Assembly (NCBI GenBank): GCA_942490575.1 | Contig: CALNYA010000060.1 | Coordinates: 1-32,000 of the forward strand | Source of the DNA: an uncultured Verrucomicrobiota bacterium | Lineage (GTDB): Bacteria > Verrucomicrobiota > Verrucomicrobiia > Limisphaerales > CAIMTB01 | Direction: 5' to 3' | DNA length: 32,000 nucleotides | Shown: positions 7,776 through 16,010 of the stretch, piece after piece | Numbering within the stretch: the stretch's first letter is position 1 | How the letters are laid out: each line of letters starts with the position of its first letter | The notes under the pieces: model-generated | The model's database searches: none | Seen by the model: the letters and a program-made list of their open reading frames with translations, nothing else | Told to the model about the DNA's origin: nothing | Position numbers and translations under genes: made by a program

Positions 7776-9107
7776 ATGGAGCACGAACCCGCCCGCCCGG
7801 TCCGCCTCGACGCCCCGGCGTCCGCGCGTTCCCTCGCAACCGCCGCCTGGCTCGCTTCCCTCACCCTGGTCTTATCCAGTCCCGTCGCCTCGGCCGGCGA
7901 CTGGCCCCAGTGGCGCGGCCCGGCGCGCGACGGGCACGCCGCCTTGGACGAGTCCTTCCCCGCCTCCCTCCCCGGAGGTCTTGAGCCGCGTTGGCGCCGT
8001 CCCGTCGGCCCCGGTTTCGCCAGCCCAGTCGTCGTCGGCAATCGCGTGTTCCATCTCGACGAGGAGAACGGCCGGGAAGTGGCCCACGCGCTGGACGCCC
8101 GGACCGGCGAACCCGTCTGGAAGGCGCCTTTCGCGCCTTCGGACGGCGATGAATGGGGCACGGGGCCCCGCTGCACCCCGGTCGCCGACGACGGCCGACT
8201 CTACGTCCAGTCCCTCCAAGGCGAGTTCGCATGCCTCGATCAGAGTGACGGCCGGCGGCTTTGGGGCTTCAGTTTCGCCCGCGACTACGCCGTCACCTAC
8301 CTCGGGGGCAAAGACCAGGCCGACGCCGCCGCCCGCCGCCGTGGCAACACGGGCGCTCCCGTCATCGTCGGCGATCGCGTCGCCGTCTCCGTCGGTTCCA
8401 CCAACGGCGCGACGATCGTGTGCTTCGACAAGCGCTCGGGCAGCGAACTCTGGCGCTCCGGAAACGACGAGGCTGCGTATGCCGCTTTGATGGGAGGCCC
8501 GCTCGCCGGGCGATCCCAAGTCGTCGCCTACACCGCGTTTTCCCTGCTCGGATTGGATGCCGACCGGGGAACGGAACTCTGGCGGATTCCCCTGAAATCC
8601 CACGCCAACCGGCACGCGGTCACTCCCGTGTTCGACGGCGACACCATCGTGGTCTCCTCCCACACGATCGGCACCCGGGCCTTCCGTGTCGCGGGTCAAT
8701 CCGGGCGCGGACAGACCGCGGTGGAGCACTGGGCGCGGCCCCAGCTCAAGACCAGCCTGGCCACCACCGTCCTCGTCGACGGCCACCTGTACGGACAGGG
8801 GCCCGACCGGGATTTCGTGTGCCTCGACGCGGCCACGGGAACGACACGGTGGTCGCGCCGGGGGTTCGGAGAAAAGCCGCTCACCGGTTATTCCGCGACG
8901 ATCGCTTCCCAGGATCGGCTCCTCGTCCTGAGTGAGATCGGCCAGCTTGTCCTCATCCAGGCGGATCCGGCCGGCTACCGGGAACTCGGCCGCGACCAGG
9001 TTTGCGGCAAGACTTGGAGCCACCCCGCCTACGCCGGGGGCACCCTGTACCTTCGCGATCAGCGCCACCTCATCGCGCTGCCGCTCTCCGCGAACCGAGC
9101 TCCGTAA
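7776..9107 (+). CDS. Secreted PQQ-like beta-propeller repeat protein (BamB-family-like)
   Basis: In-frame ATG 7776 within track ORF 7332..9107. A signal-like LASLTLVLSSPVASA is followed by DWPQWRGPARDG. Repeated blades follow, of the type G.LYV....G.L.CLD..TG...W (for example DGRLYVQSLQGEFACLDQSDGRRLW and DGHLYGQGPDRDFVCLDAATGTTRW). Confidence 0.75.
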   Translation: MEHEPARPVRLDAPASARSLATAAWLASLTLVLSSPVASAGDWPQWRGPARDGHAALDESFPASLPGGLEPRWRRPVGPGFASPVVVGNRVFHLDEENGREVAHALDARTGEPVWKAPFAPSDGDEWGTGPRCTPVADDGRLYVQSLQGEFACLDQSDGRRLWGFSFARDYAVTYLGGKDQADAAARRRGNTGAPVIVGDRVAVSVGSTNGATIVCFDKRSGSELWRSGNDEAAYAALMGGPLAGRSQVVAYTAFSLLGLDADRGTELWRIPLKSHANRHAVTPVFDGDTIVVSSHTIGTRAFRVAGQSGRGQTAVEHWARPQLKTSLATTVLVDGHLYGQGPDRDFVCLDAATGTTRWSRRGFGEKPLTGYSATIASQDRLLVLSEIGQLVLIQADPAGYRELGRDQVCGKTWSHPAYAGGTLYLRDQRHLIALPLSANRAP

Positions 9108-9129
9108 TCCGACGCCCGGCGCATGCAAC

Positions 9130-9317
9130 GCCGGCTTTCAGCCGGCTCTGGCGGCTAGTAAGCCGCCTCTCCACGTCATCCTCCGTGGTCCCCCTCGTTT
9201 CCTCGATCAATCCCCCAGGAGCGGCGGCTTACCAGCCGCCGAAAAATGGCCAAACTCCTGCGCCGGCTTTCAGCCGGCCGACCGCGATCCTTCCAACAGA
9301 GCCGACTGAAAGTCGGC
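9130..9317. repeat. Cluster of five short GC-rich stem-loop (REP-like) units in an intergenic region
   Basis: The five units are GCCGGCT-TTC-AGCCGGC at 9130-9146 and again at 9262-9278, GGCGGCT-AGTA-AGCCGCC at 9150-9167, GGCGGCT-TACC-AGCCGCC at 9223-9240, and GCCGACT-GAA-AGTCGGC at 9301-9317. The last sits directly after the PiT stop codon (9319-9321) and may also serve as a terminator stem. Confidence 0.7.
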
Positions 9318-9318
9318 G

Positions 9319-10452
9319 CTACAGGGCGAACCAATTCATCAGGCGCACCAGGACGTATCCCAAACCGGCGGTGACCGGGATGGTGAAGAACCAGGCCCAG
9401 AGCATCCTCTCGACCACGAACCATTTCACCGCCTTCACGCTCTTCGCGGCTCCCACTCCCATGATCGCCGACGAAATGACGTGGGTCGTGGAGAGGGGAA
9501 TTCCCCAGTGACTGGCGACTCCGATGATCGTCGCGGCGGTGGTTTCCGCGGCGAATCCGTGGACGGGATGCAGCTTCACCATCTTGTGTCCAAGCGTCCG
9601 GATGATCCGCCAGCCTCCGGCGTAGGTGCCCGCCGCCATGGTCAGCGCGCAAACCACCTTGATCCACACGGCCACATGGAGGACCTGCCCTTCACCCGGG
9701 GCCGGGGTTTTCAGGAAGCTCAGCATCCCCGGCAAGTGATCGAAAGCCCCGCCCGTGGTGGCCGAGACCAGGGCCAGCGCGATGATGCCCATGGTCTTCT
9801 GGGCGTCATTCATCCCGTGACTGAAACCCATCCAGGCGCTGCTCAGAAGCTGCGCCTTGCCGAACACCGAATTGACCTTGCGCGGGCGCCAATTGCGCAG
9901 GCTGACGTAGAGCAGGCCCATCACCACGAGGCCGATCAGGAGGCCCAACAAAGGCGAGGTGAACATCGGAATGATCACCTTCGGGACCAGCCCACTCTGA
10001 ACTTCCACGGTCCCCGCCACCGAAGCGCCCGTGGCGGGATCGATCGAGGTGATCTTCTTGGTGCTGGTTTCGAGGAATTTGATGACGCCCCAGTTGTTGC
10101 CCGCCGCCGCGAGCGTGGATCCCACCAGGGCGCCGATCAGCGCGTGGCTGGAACTCGACGGCAGTCCCTTCCACCAGGTCAGAAGGTTCCAGGCGATCGC
10201 GCCCGACAATCCGCAAAGGATGGTGGCCGAGGTCACGTACGTGATGTCCACCAACCCCTTTCCGATCGTGCTGGCGACGGCCGCCCCGCTCAGCGCCCCC
10301 GCGAGGTTCGTGACCGCCGCCAGGACCACCGCCTGGCGCGGCGTCAGCACTTTCGTCGCCACCACGGTCGCGATCGAATTCGCCGTGTCGTGGAAGCCGT
10401 TGATGTACTCGAACACCAGCGCCACCAGGATGACGCAGACTATGAGCGTCAT
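9319..10452 (-). CDS. pit: Inorganic phosphate transporter, PiT (PHO4) family
   Basis: Track ORF 9319..10509. The likely start is the ATG at comp. 10450-10452 (MTLIVCVILVALVFEYINGFHDTANSIATVV), 5 nt after the upstream stop. Both PiT signature repeats are present: GFHDTANSIAT and SHGMNDAQKTMGII. Confidence 0.9.
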   Translation of the reverse strand: MTLIVCVILVALVFEYINGFHDTANSIATVVATKVLTPRQAVVLAAVTNLAGALSGAAVASTIGKGLVDITYVTSATILCGLSGAIAWNLLTWWKGLPSSSSHALIGALVGSTLAAAGNNWGVIKFLETSTKKITSIDPATGASVAGTVEVQSGLVPKVIIPMFTSPLLGLLIGLVVMGLLYVSLRNWRPRKVNSVFGKAQLLSSAWMGFSHGMNDAQKTMGIIALALVSATTGGAFDHLPGMLSFLKTPAPGEGQVLHVAVWIKVVCALTMAAGTYAGGWRIIRTLGHKMVKLHPVHGFAAETTAATIIGVASHWGIPLSTTHVISSAIMGVGAAKSVKAVKWFVVERMLWAWFFTIPVTAGLGYVLVRLMNWFAL

Positions 10453-10457
10453 GGCGG

Positions 10458-11087
10458 TCAGGAGTTCTTGAGCACGATATGGGTGACGATCGCTCCGACG
10501 TCCCGACAACGGTCGACGAGCTTCTCCAGGAGGTCGTACAGGTCCTTCCGCGCCAGGAACTGGCCGGGAGGCAGATTCGCGTGGTAGAGGTCGCGCACCA
10601 ACCCGTCCACCACCTTGTCCGCGGCGTCTTCCGTCGCCTCCAACCGGTCATTCAACTCCTTCACCCGCTCCAGCGGCGGCAGCTTCCGAAGGTCACGGAT
10701 CATCTCGCCCAAAATCGACACGGCCTGCTCGATCAACGCCGACTGCGGCTTGAAATTCACGCCCTGCACCAGGTCGCTCACCAGCCGGTATCGGTCGGCG
10801 AATTTTTCCGTCGTCTTCACCAGCTTGTAGAGCGCCCGTGACAAGGCCTCGATATCCTCCCGCTCCATGCCCGTGATGAAGGTCTGGACCAACTTCTCCT
10901 CGATCTCCTTCAGGAGCTTCCGTTCCCGCCGCTCGGAGCCGAGAAAGATGTCCAGGTTCGCCAACTGCGCATCCCCGTTGAGGATCGCCGTCAGGCTTTT
11001 CACGCTGGTCTTCGCCTCGTCGGCGCAGGCTTCCAGCAGGTCCAGGAAAACATCGTCTTTGGCGAGAAACCGTTGGAGGGAGAACAT
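10458..11087 (-). CDS. DUF47 / PhoU-like phosphate transport regulator that typically partners PiT
   Basis: Track ORF 10458..11135. The probable start is the ATG at comp. 11085-11087 (MFSLQRFLAKDDVFLDLLEACADEA...). It is all-helical and carries ...IEEKLVQTFITGMEREDIEALSRALYKLVKTTEKFADRY...DLYDLLEKLVDRCRDVGAIVTHIVLKN, typical of the YkaA/TIGR00153-type family. It lies directly upstream of PiT. Confidence 0.8.
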   Translation of the reverse strand: MFSLQRFLAKDDVFLDLLEACADEAKTSVKSLTAILNGDAQLANLDIFLGSERRERKLLKEIEEKLVQTFITGMEREDIEALSRALYKLVKTTEKFADRYRLVSDLVQGVNFKPQSALIEQAVSILGEMIRDLRKLPPLERVKELNDRLEATEDAADKVVDGLVRDLYHANLPPGQFLARKDLYDLLEKLVDRCRDVGAIVTHIVLKNS

Positions 11088-11175
11088 GGTGGAAAGATTC
11101 CGTCGCAGCGTGCCCGGACTTCCGAAATTCGGCAACCACGCGACCCGCGCAGACTATCCGGTCCGCCCCGAGGAC

Positions 11176-11197
11176 GTCACGTGTCAGTCACGATACT
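11176..11197. promoter_or_regulatory. Candidate Pho-box-like direct repeat (GTCAC at 11-bp phasing)
   Basis: GTCACGTGTCA GTCACGATACT: GTCAC occurs at 11176 and 11187, and a TGTCA core is present. The site lies in the divergent intergenic region between the DUF47-PiT operon and pstS. This is resemblance to the PhoB-box logic only; the consensus for this lineage is unknown. Confidence 0.25.
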
Positions 11198-11269
11198 TTC
11201 CCAAGTCATTACCAATCATGGATTTGAAGCGGACTCGAACCCTTCGCGCGCCGGGACTTCCCGTCCTTC

Positions 11270-11291
11270 GTCACCCAATCGACACATTCAC
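11270..11291. promoter_or_regulatory. Second candidate Pho-box-like direct repeat
   Basis: GTCACCCAATC GACACATTCAC: G[TA]CAC occurs at 11270 and 11281 (11-bp phasing), about 120 nt upstream of the pstS ATG. Confidence 0.25.
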
Positions 11292-11402
11292 GCCACTCGG
11301 ACGCGACACGTCGGTCGCAAGGTCCGTTCCAGACGCGACCCTCCTCGGTCGAGCCACCCAACACTCTCCAACCCGTCGCCGCCCACCCACCCGATCGAAG
11401 CC

Positions 11403-12251
11403 ATGAATTCCACCCGTCGCATCGCCGGCGCCTTCGCAGTGCTGCTCTTCTCCACCGCCGCCTTCGCCGGCAACGTGACCATCAAGGGCTCCGACACCAT
11501 GGTCATCCTCGGCCAGAAATGGGCCGAGGTGTTCATGCGGAAGTATCCCGACACCAAGATCCAAGTCACCGGCGGCGGCTCGGGAACCGGCTTCGCCGCC
11601 CTTCAGAACCGTCAAACCGACATCGCCAGCGCGTCGCGCAAAATCCGCGCGAAGGAACGCGAACAATGCATCAAGGCGTTCGGCAGGAATCCGAAGGAGT
11701 ACGCCGTCGCCCTCGACGGGTTGTCCATCTACGTGCATGCGGACAACCCGATCGAATCCATCTGCGTCGAGGATCTCCGGGAGATCTTCACGGGGCGGAT
11801 CACACGCTGGAAAGAGGTCGGCGGACCGGACGCTCCCATCATCCTGTACAGCCGCGAAAACAGCTCCGGCACGTACGAGTTCTTCAAGGAGCATGTCCTC
11901 CTCGGCCGCGACTTCGCCGCCAAGGCTCAAACGCTCGCCGGCACCGCCCAGGTGCTCCAGCAAGTCGCCGAGGACCCGAACGGCATCGGCTATGGAGGCG
12001 CCGCCTACGGGTCCGGAGCCAAGACCCTCAAGATCGCCACAACCCGGGGAGGCGAAGCCATCGCTCCCACCGAGGAATCCGTCGTCAGCCAGCGATACCC
12101 GATCTGGCGCCACCTGTACGTCTACCTCAACCCCCAACTCGAGAAGGGCGAGATCCAACGGTTCCTGGAATGGATCCGCGGCGAGGAGGGCCAAGACGTC
12201 GTCAAGGACGTCGGCTATTACCCCCTGCCCCCGAGCCTTCGGCGTCCCTGA
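11403..12251 (+). CDS. pstS: Phosphate ABC transporter substrate-binding protein PstS
   Basis: ATG 11403 within track ORF 11073..12251. The signal peptide is MNSTRRIAGAFAVLLFSTAAFA. It is followed by ITIKGSDTMVILGQKWAEVFMRKYPDTKIQVTGGGSGTGFAAL...RENSSGTYEFF...GIGYGG. Confidence 0.92.
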   Translation: MNSTRRIAGAFAVLLFSTAAFAGNVTIKGSDTMVILGQKWAEVFMRKYPDTKIQVTGGGSGTGFAALQNRQTDIASASRKIRAKEREQCIKAFGRNPKEYAVALDGLSIYVHADNPIESICVEDLREIFTGRITRWKEVGGPDAPIILYSRENSSGTYEFFKEHVLLGRDFAAKAQTLAGTAQVLQQVAEDPNGIGYGGAAYGSGAKTLKIATTRGGEAIAPTEESVVSQRYPIWRHLYVYLNPQLEKGEIQRFLEWIRGEEGQDVVKDVGYYPLPPSLRRP

Positions 12252-12278
12252 TCGGATCCCCGCTTCCCCGATTGCCCA

Positions 12279-13505
12279 TTGGCGCGCCACCCTCCCCCGC
12301 CTAGCCTTTGGCCCGTGCCGGATCCCGCCCCGAACCCTTTCCCCCGACCCGCGTCGGGCTGGCGGGCGATCCGGCGCGGCCAGCGCCGGCGCCCCCTCGA
12401 ATTCCTCGCCGAGAAGCTCATCTTCGCGATTTCCCTCACCGCCATCGCGATGGTGTTCCTCATCTTCCTGTTCGTCGGTCGCGAGGCCTTTCCCATCCTC
12501 ACCGGCCGGATCAGCAGCGCCGCCAACCAGGAGGGTCAACCCCTCCCCGTGGAAGCCATGGATCAACTCCCCCCGGAGCGACTCCGCGAATACCTCGATT
12601 TGACGCCGGCTGAATTCGCCGACATGGACCGCGAAACCCTCCAGGCCCTCATGGAGGTCCGGATCGATGCCGCCAAGGAGATCCCCACCGATCGCGACGC
12701 CGGCGTGAACACCGTCGCATGGCGCTACCTCCTGAAGCCGTATCAGTGGACCGACTACGATCGCCCGGCCTACGTCTGGCAGCCCGTCTCCAAGATCCAC
12801 AAATACAACATCGTTCCCCTCGTGGTCGGCACCCTCAAGACCACGCTCGTCGCCATGCTCTTCGCCGTCCCCGTCTCCCTCGGCGCCGCCATCTACGTCT
12901 CCCAACTCGCCCGACCGTGGATGAAGGAGTGGATCAAGCCCGCCATCGAGATGCTGTCCGCGATCCCGTCCGTGGTGCTCGGCGCCTTCGCCGCCATCGT
13001 CCTCGCCTCCGCCCTGCAGTCCCTGCTCGGCCTCCAATTCCGGCTCAACGCCGGCCTCGCCGGCATCGCCCTCGCCCTCGCCGGCATCCCCCTCATCTTC
13101 TCCATCGCCGAGGATGCCCTGACGAGCGTGCCCCGTTCCTACTCCCAGGCCGCCCTCGCCCTCGGCGCGTCCCGATGGTCCGCCGCCTGGCGCATCGTCG
13201 TCCCCGCGGCCCTCCCCGGCCTCTTCGCCGCCGTCGTGCTCGGGTTCGGACGCTGCATCGGCGAAACCATGGTCGTCCTCATCGCCAGCGGCAACGCGGC
13301 GTCCCTCTCCGCCAACCTCTTCGAACCCACGCGCACCCTCACCGCCACCATCGCCGCCGAACTCGGCGAAACCGTCGTCGGAGGCCACCACTACCGCATG
13401 TTGTTCGTCCTGGGCGCCCTCCTCTTCATCGTCACGTTCGCCACCAACATCCTCGGCGAGGTCGTCATGCACCGCCTCCGGAAAAACCTCGAAGGCCGAT
13501 CATGA
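12279..13505 (+). CDS. pstC: Phosphate ABC transporter permease PstC (long form with a roughly 100-aa insert after TM1)
   Basis: Track ORF 12279..13505 (TTG start; an in-frame GTG at 12315 is an alternative). It has the EAA-type loop ...SIAEDALTSVPRSYSQAALALGASRWSAAWRIVVPAALPG... and a C-terminal ...GETMVVLIASGNA.... The stop overlaps the pstA ATG (ATGA). Confidence 0.88.
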   Translation: MARHPPPPSLWPVPDPAPNPFPRPASGWRAIRRGQRRRPLEFLAEKLIFAISLTAIAMVFLIFLFVGREAFPILTGRISSAANQEGQPLPVEAMDQLPPERLREYLDLTPAEFADMDRETLQALMEVRIDAAKEIPTDRDAGVNTVAWRYLLKPYQWTDYDRPAYVWQPVSKIHKYNIVPLVVGTLKTTLVAMLFAVPVSLGAAIYVSQLARPWMKEWIKPAIEMLSAIPSVVLGAFAAIVLASALQSLLGLQFRLNAGLAGIALALAGIPLIFSIAEDALTSVPRSYSQAALALGASRWSAAWRIVVPAALPGLFAAVVLGFGRCIGETMVVLIASGNAASLSANLFEPTRTLTATIAAELGETVVGGHHYRMLFVLGALLFIVTFATNILGEVVMHRLRKNLEGRS

Positions 13506-14434
13506 AGCGCCGATTCGCCCGCGCCCGAACCGACGTCGCCGCCCTCGTCTTCACCGGCCTCACCGGGCTGAGCACCGCGCTCATCCTCGCCCTCCTCGCC
13601 GTCATCCTCGCGTACCTCGCCTGGCTCGGCGGCGGACAGATCTCCTGGCGCTTCCTCTTCGGCGGAACCGACGCCGACATGTTCGACACCACCAAGGCCG
13701 GCGTCTTCCCCATGCTGGTCGGCACCGCCGCCCGCGTCGTTCTCATGACGCTCTTCGTCATCCCGGTCGGCGTCGTCACCGCCCTCTACCTCACCGAATA
13801 CGCCAACCCCGCGTCCCCGCTCACCCGCGTCATCCGCAGCGCCGTCGGCAATCTCGCGGGCGTCCCCAGCATCGTCTTCGGCCTCTTCGGCGTCGGGTTC
13901 TTCATCAGCTTCCTTGGCGGCGGCCTCGACACCCTCACCGGGGCGACCGCCCCGCGCTGGGGTCGACCCGCCCTCCTCTGGGCGTCCCTCACCCTCGCCG
14001 TCATGACGCTGCCCGTCGTCATCGTCGCCACCGAGGAGGCCCTCAAATCCATCGCCCCGGGCCTGCGCGAAGCCAGCCTGGCCCTCGGCGCCACCCGGCT
14101 CGAAACCATCGTCCGGATCGTCCTCCCCAACGCCCTGCCGGGCATCCTCACCGGCGGCATCCTCGCGGTCAGCCGCGCCGCCGGCGAAGTCGCCCCCATC
14201 CTCTTCACCGGCGCCGCGTATTACCTCAAGGACACCCCCCACTCGCTCACCGACCAGTTCATGGACCTCGCCTACCACGTCTACGTCCTGTCCACCCAGT
14301 CCCCCAACGTCGAGCAGACGCGCCCCATCCTCTTCGGCACCGTCGTCGTCCTGCTCATGCTCACGTTCCTCCTGAACATCGTCGCCGTCCTCATCCGCGC
14401 CCGCATCCGGCGGTCGATGCGCTCCGCCCACTAA
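13502..14434 (+). CDS. pstA: Phosphate ABC transporter permease PstA
   Basis: ATG 13502 within track ORF 12719..14434: MKRRFARARTDVAALVFTGLTGL...VVIVATEEALKSIAPGLREASLALGATRLETIVRIVLPNALPGILTG...RAAGEVAPILFTGAA. Confidence 0.9.
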   Translation: MKRRFARARTDVAALVFTGLTGLSTALILALLAVILAYLAWLGGGQISWRFLFGGTDADMFDTTKAGVFPMLVGTAARVVLMTLFVIPVGVVTALYLTEYANPASPLTRVIRSAVGNLAGVPSIVFGLFGVGFFISFLGGGLDTLTGATAPRWGRPALLWASLTLAVMTLPVVIVATEEALKSIAPGLREASLALGATRLETIVRIVLPNALPGILTGGILAVSRAAGEVAPILFTGAAYYLKDTPHSLTDQFMDLAYHVYVLSTQSPNVEQTRPILFGTVVVLLMLTFLLNIVAVLIRARIRRSMRSAH

Positions 14435-14452
14435 CGGACCGACCACCACCCC

Positions 14453-15295
14453 ATGCCGCCCTCCCATCCCGCCCAGGCCAACCCCATTGCCGTCGCTCCC
14501 GACGCCACGGGTCCCGGCCCGTCCACCCCCGAAGCCGCCGCCCCGCCCCTCATCGTCACCCGCGACCTGGAGCTGTTCTACGGCAAGACCCAGGCCCTCA
14601 AAGGGATCTCCCTCGCCGTCCAGGAACGACTCGTCACCGCCTTCATCGGTCCGTCCGGCTGCGGTAAATCCACCCTGCTCCGCTGCTTCAATCGCATGAA
14701 CGATCTCATCGACCACGTCCGGGTCACCGGCCGGTGCTCGATCGGCGGCGAAGACATTTACGGCCCCGACGTCGATGTCATCGAGCTCCGGAAACGCGTC
14801 GGCATGGTCTTTCAGAAGTCCAATCCGTTTCCCAAATCCATCTACGAGAACGTCGCCTACGGACTCCGCCTCCACGGCACCCGCGACCGACGCACCCTCG
14901 ACGAGGTGGTGGAACGTTCCCTCCGCGGCGCCGCCCTCTGGGACGAGGTCAAGGACCGCCTCCACCAGAGCGCCCTCGGCCTCTCCGGCGGCCAGCAACA
15001 ACGCCTTTGCATCGCGAGGGCCATCGCCATCCGCCCCGAGATCATCCTGATGGACGAACCCGCCTCCGCCCTCGACCCCCTCGCCACCACCAAGATCGAG
15101 GAACTCATCCTCGACCTCAAAAAGGAGTTCACCATCGTCATCGTCACCCACAACATGCAGCAGGCGACCCGGATCTCCGATCACACCGCGTTCTTCTACC
15201 TCGGCGAACTCATCGAGTACGACACCACCGTCAAGATCTTCTCCAACCCCGGAAGAAAACAGACCGAGGACTACGTCACCGGCCGTTTCGGCTGA
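14453..15295 (+). CDS. pstB: Phosphate ABC transporter ATP-binding protein PstB
   Basis: ORF 14453..15295. It has Walker [10 protein letters not shown], the signature [14 protein letters not shown], Walker [13 protein letters not shown] and the PstB-typical C-terminus [10 protein letters not shown]. Confidence 0.95.
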   Translation: MPPSHPAQANPIAVAPDATGPGPSTPEAAAPPLIVTRDLELFYGKTQALKGISLAVQERLVTAFIGPSGCGKSTLLRCFNRMNDLIDHVRVTGRCSIGGEDIYGPDVDVIELRKRVGMVFQKSNPFPKSIYENVAYGLRLHGTRDRRTLDEVVERSLRGAALWDEVKDRLHQSALGLSGGQQQRLCIARAIAIRPEIILMDEPASALDPLATTKIEELILDLKKEFTIVIVTHNMQQATRISDHTAFFYLGELIEYDTTVKIFSNPGRKQTEDYVTGRFG

Positions 15296-15332
15296 CCCTC
15301 CCCGCACCAGGACGGGACGCGCCCGCCATCCC

Positions 15333-16010
15333 ATGACCCACTTCGAAGCCAGCATCGACGGCCTCCGGCAACAGCTCCTCACCATGGCCAGCTACGCCGC
15401 CGAGTCGATTCGCAACGCGGTCCGCGCGGTCGTCGAACGCGACGACGAACTCGGACGGCGAGTCGAGGAGGACGACTCGCTCCTCGACGACCTCGAGATC
15501 GCCATCGACGAACTCGCCATCCAACTCCTCCTGCGCGCGCCCCTCGCCCGCGACCTCCGCCTCATCATGGTCGCCACCAAGGTCAGCCACGACCTGGAAC
15601 GTGTCGGCGACGAAGCCACCGCCATCGCCCGGCGCGCCCGGGATCTCAACCGCGAACCGCAACTCAAGGCGCCGATCGACCTTCCCCGCATGGCCGCGAT
15701 GGTCTCCGAGATGCTGGCCGAATCCCTGGACGCCTTCGTCACCGGCGATTGCACCCGCGCCCGCGCCATCGTTCCGCGCGACAAACAAGTCGACGGCCTC
15801 AACAAACAACTCCAGAGCGAGCTCACCGCGCTGATCGTCGAATCCCCTGGAAACACGACGCGCTGCCTCAACCTCATGGCGATCAGCAAACGCCTCGAAC
15901 GCATCGGCGACCACGCCAAGAACATCGCCGAGGAGGTCGTCTACCTGCACGAGGCCACCGACATCCGCCACACCCAGCGCGTGGCCCCGGACGGCCCATG
16001 CGCCTCCTAG
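15333..16010 (+). CDS. phoU: Phosphate signalling complex protein PhoU
   Basis: ORF 15333..16010. It has two PhoU repeats with ...DDLEIAIDELAIQLL...ARDLRLIMVATKVSHDLERVGDEATAIA... and ...LMAISKRLERIGDHAKNIAEEVVYL. It lies immediately after pstB. Confidence 0.92.
   Translation: MTHFEASIDGLRQQLLTMASYAAESIRNAVRAVVERDDELGRRVEEDDSLLDDLEIAIDELAIQLLLRAPLARDLRLIMVATKVSHDLERVGDEATAIARRARDLNREPQLKAPIDLPRMAAMVSEMLAESLDAFVTGDCTRARAIVPRDKQVDGLNKQLQSELTALIVESPGNTTRCLNLMAISKRLERIGDHAKNIAEEVVYLHEATDIRHTQRVAPDGPCAS

Noticed and set aside
9130-9317. Possible CRISPR array suggested by repeated palindromic units
   Set aside because: The units are only 17-18 nt, differ in sequence and are irregularly spaced (4 to about 55 nt). 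There are no uniform spacers and no cas genes. The pattern fits REP-like hairpins instead.
11231-11242. A tRNA T-loop-like motif (GGGTTCGAGTCC on the minus strand) in the pit/pstS intergenic region, possibly a tRNA or tRNA remnant marking an integration site
   Set aside because: The flanking bases give only 3 of 5 T-stem pairs. No acceptor stem, D-arm or 7-nt anticodon loop can be drawn, and the candidate span is about 60 nt. A second GGTTCGAATC at about 21087 lies inside a coding sequence. I treat both as chance matches.
12540-12840. The roughly 100-aa insert after TM1 of PstC as a possible inserted domain or gene fusion
   Set aside because: The frame is continuous with normal GC3 bias, and long-loop PstC variants exist. 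I saw no recognisable independent domain, so it is noted in the feature call only.
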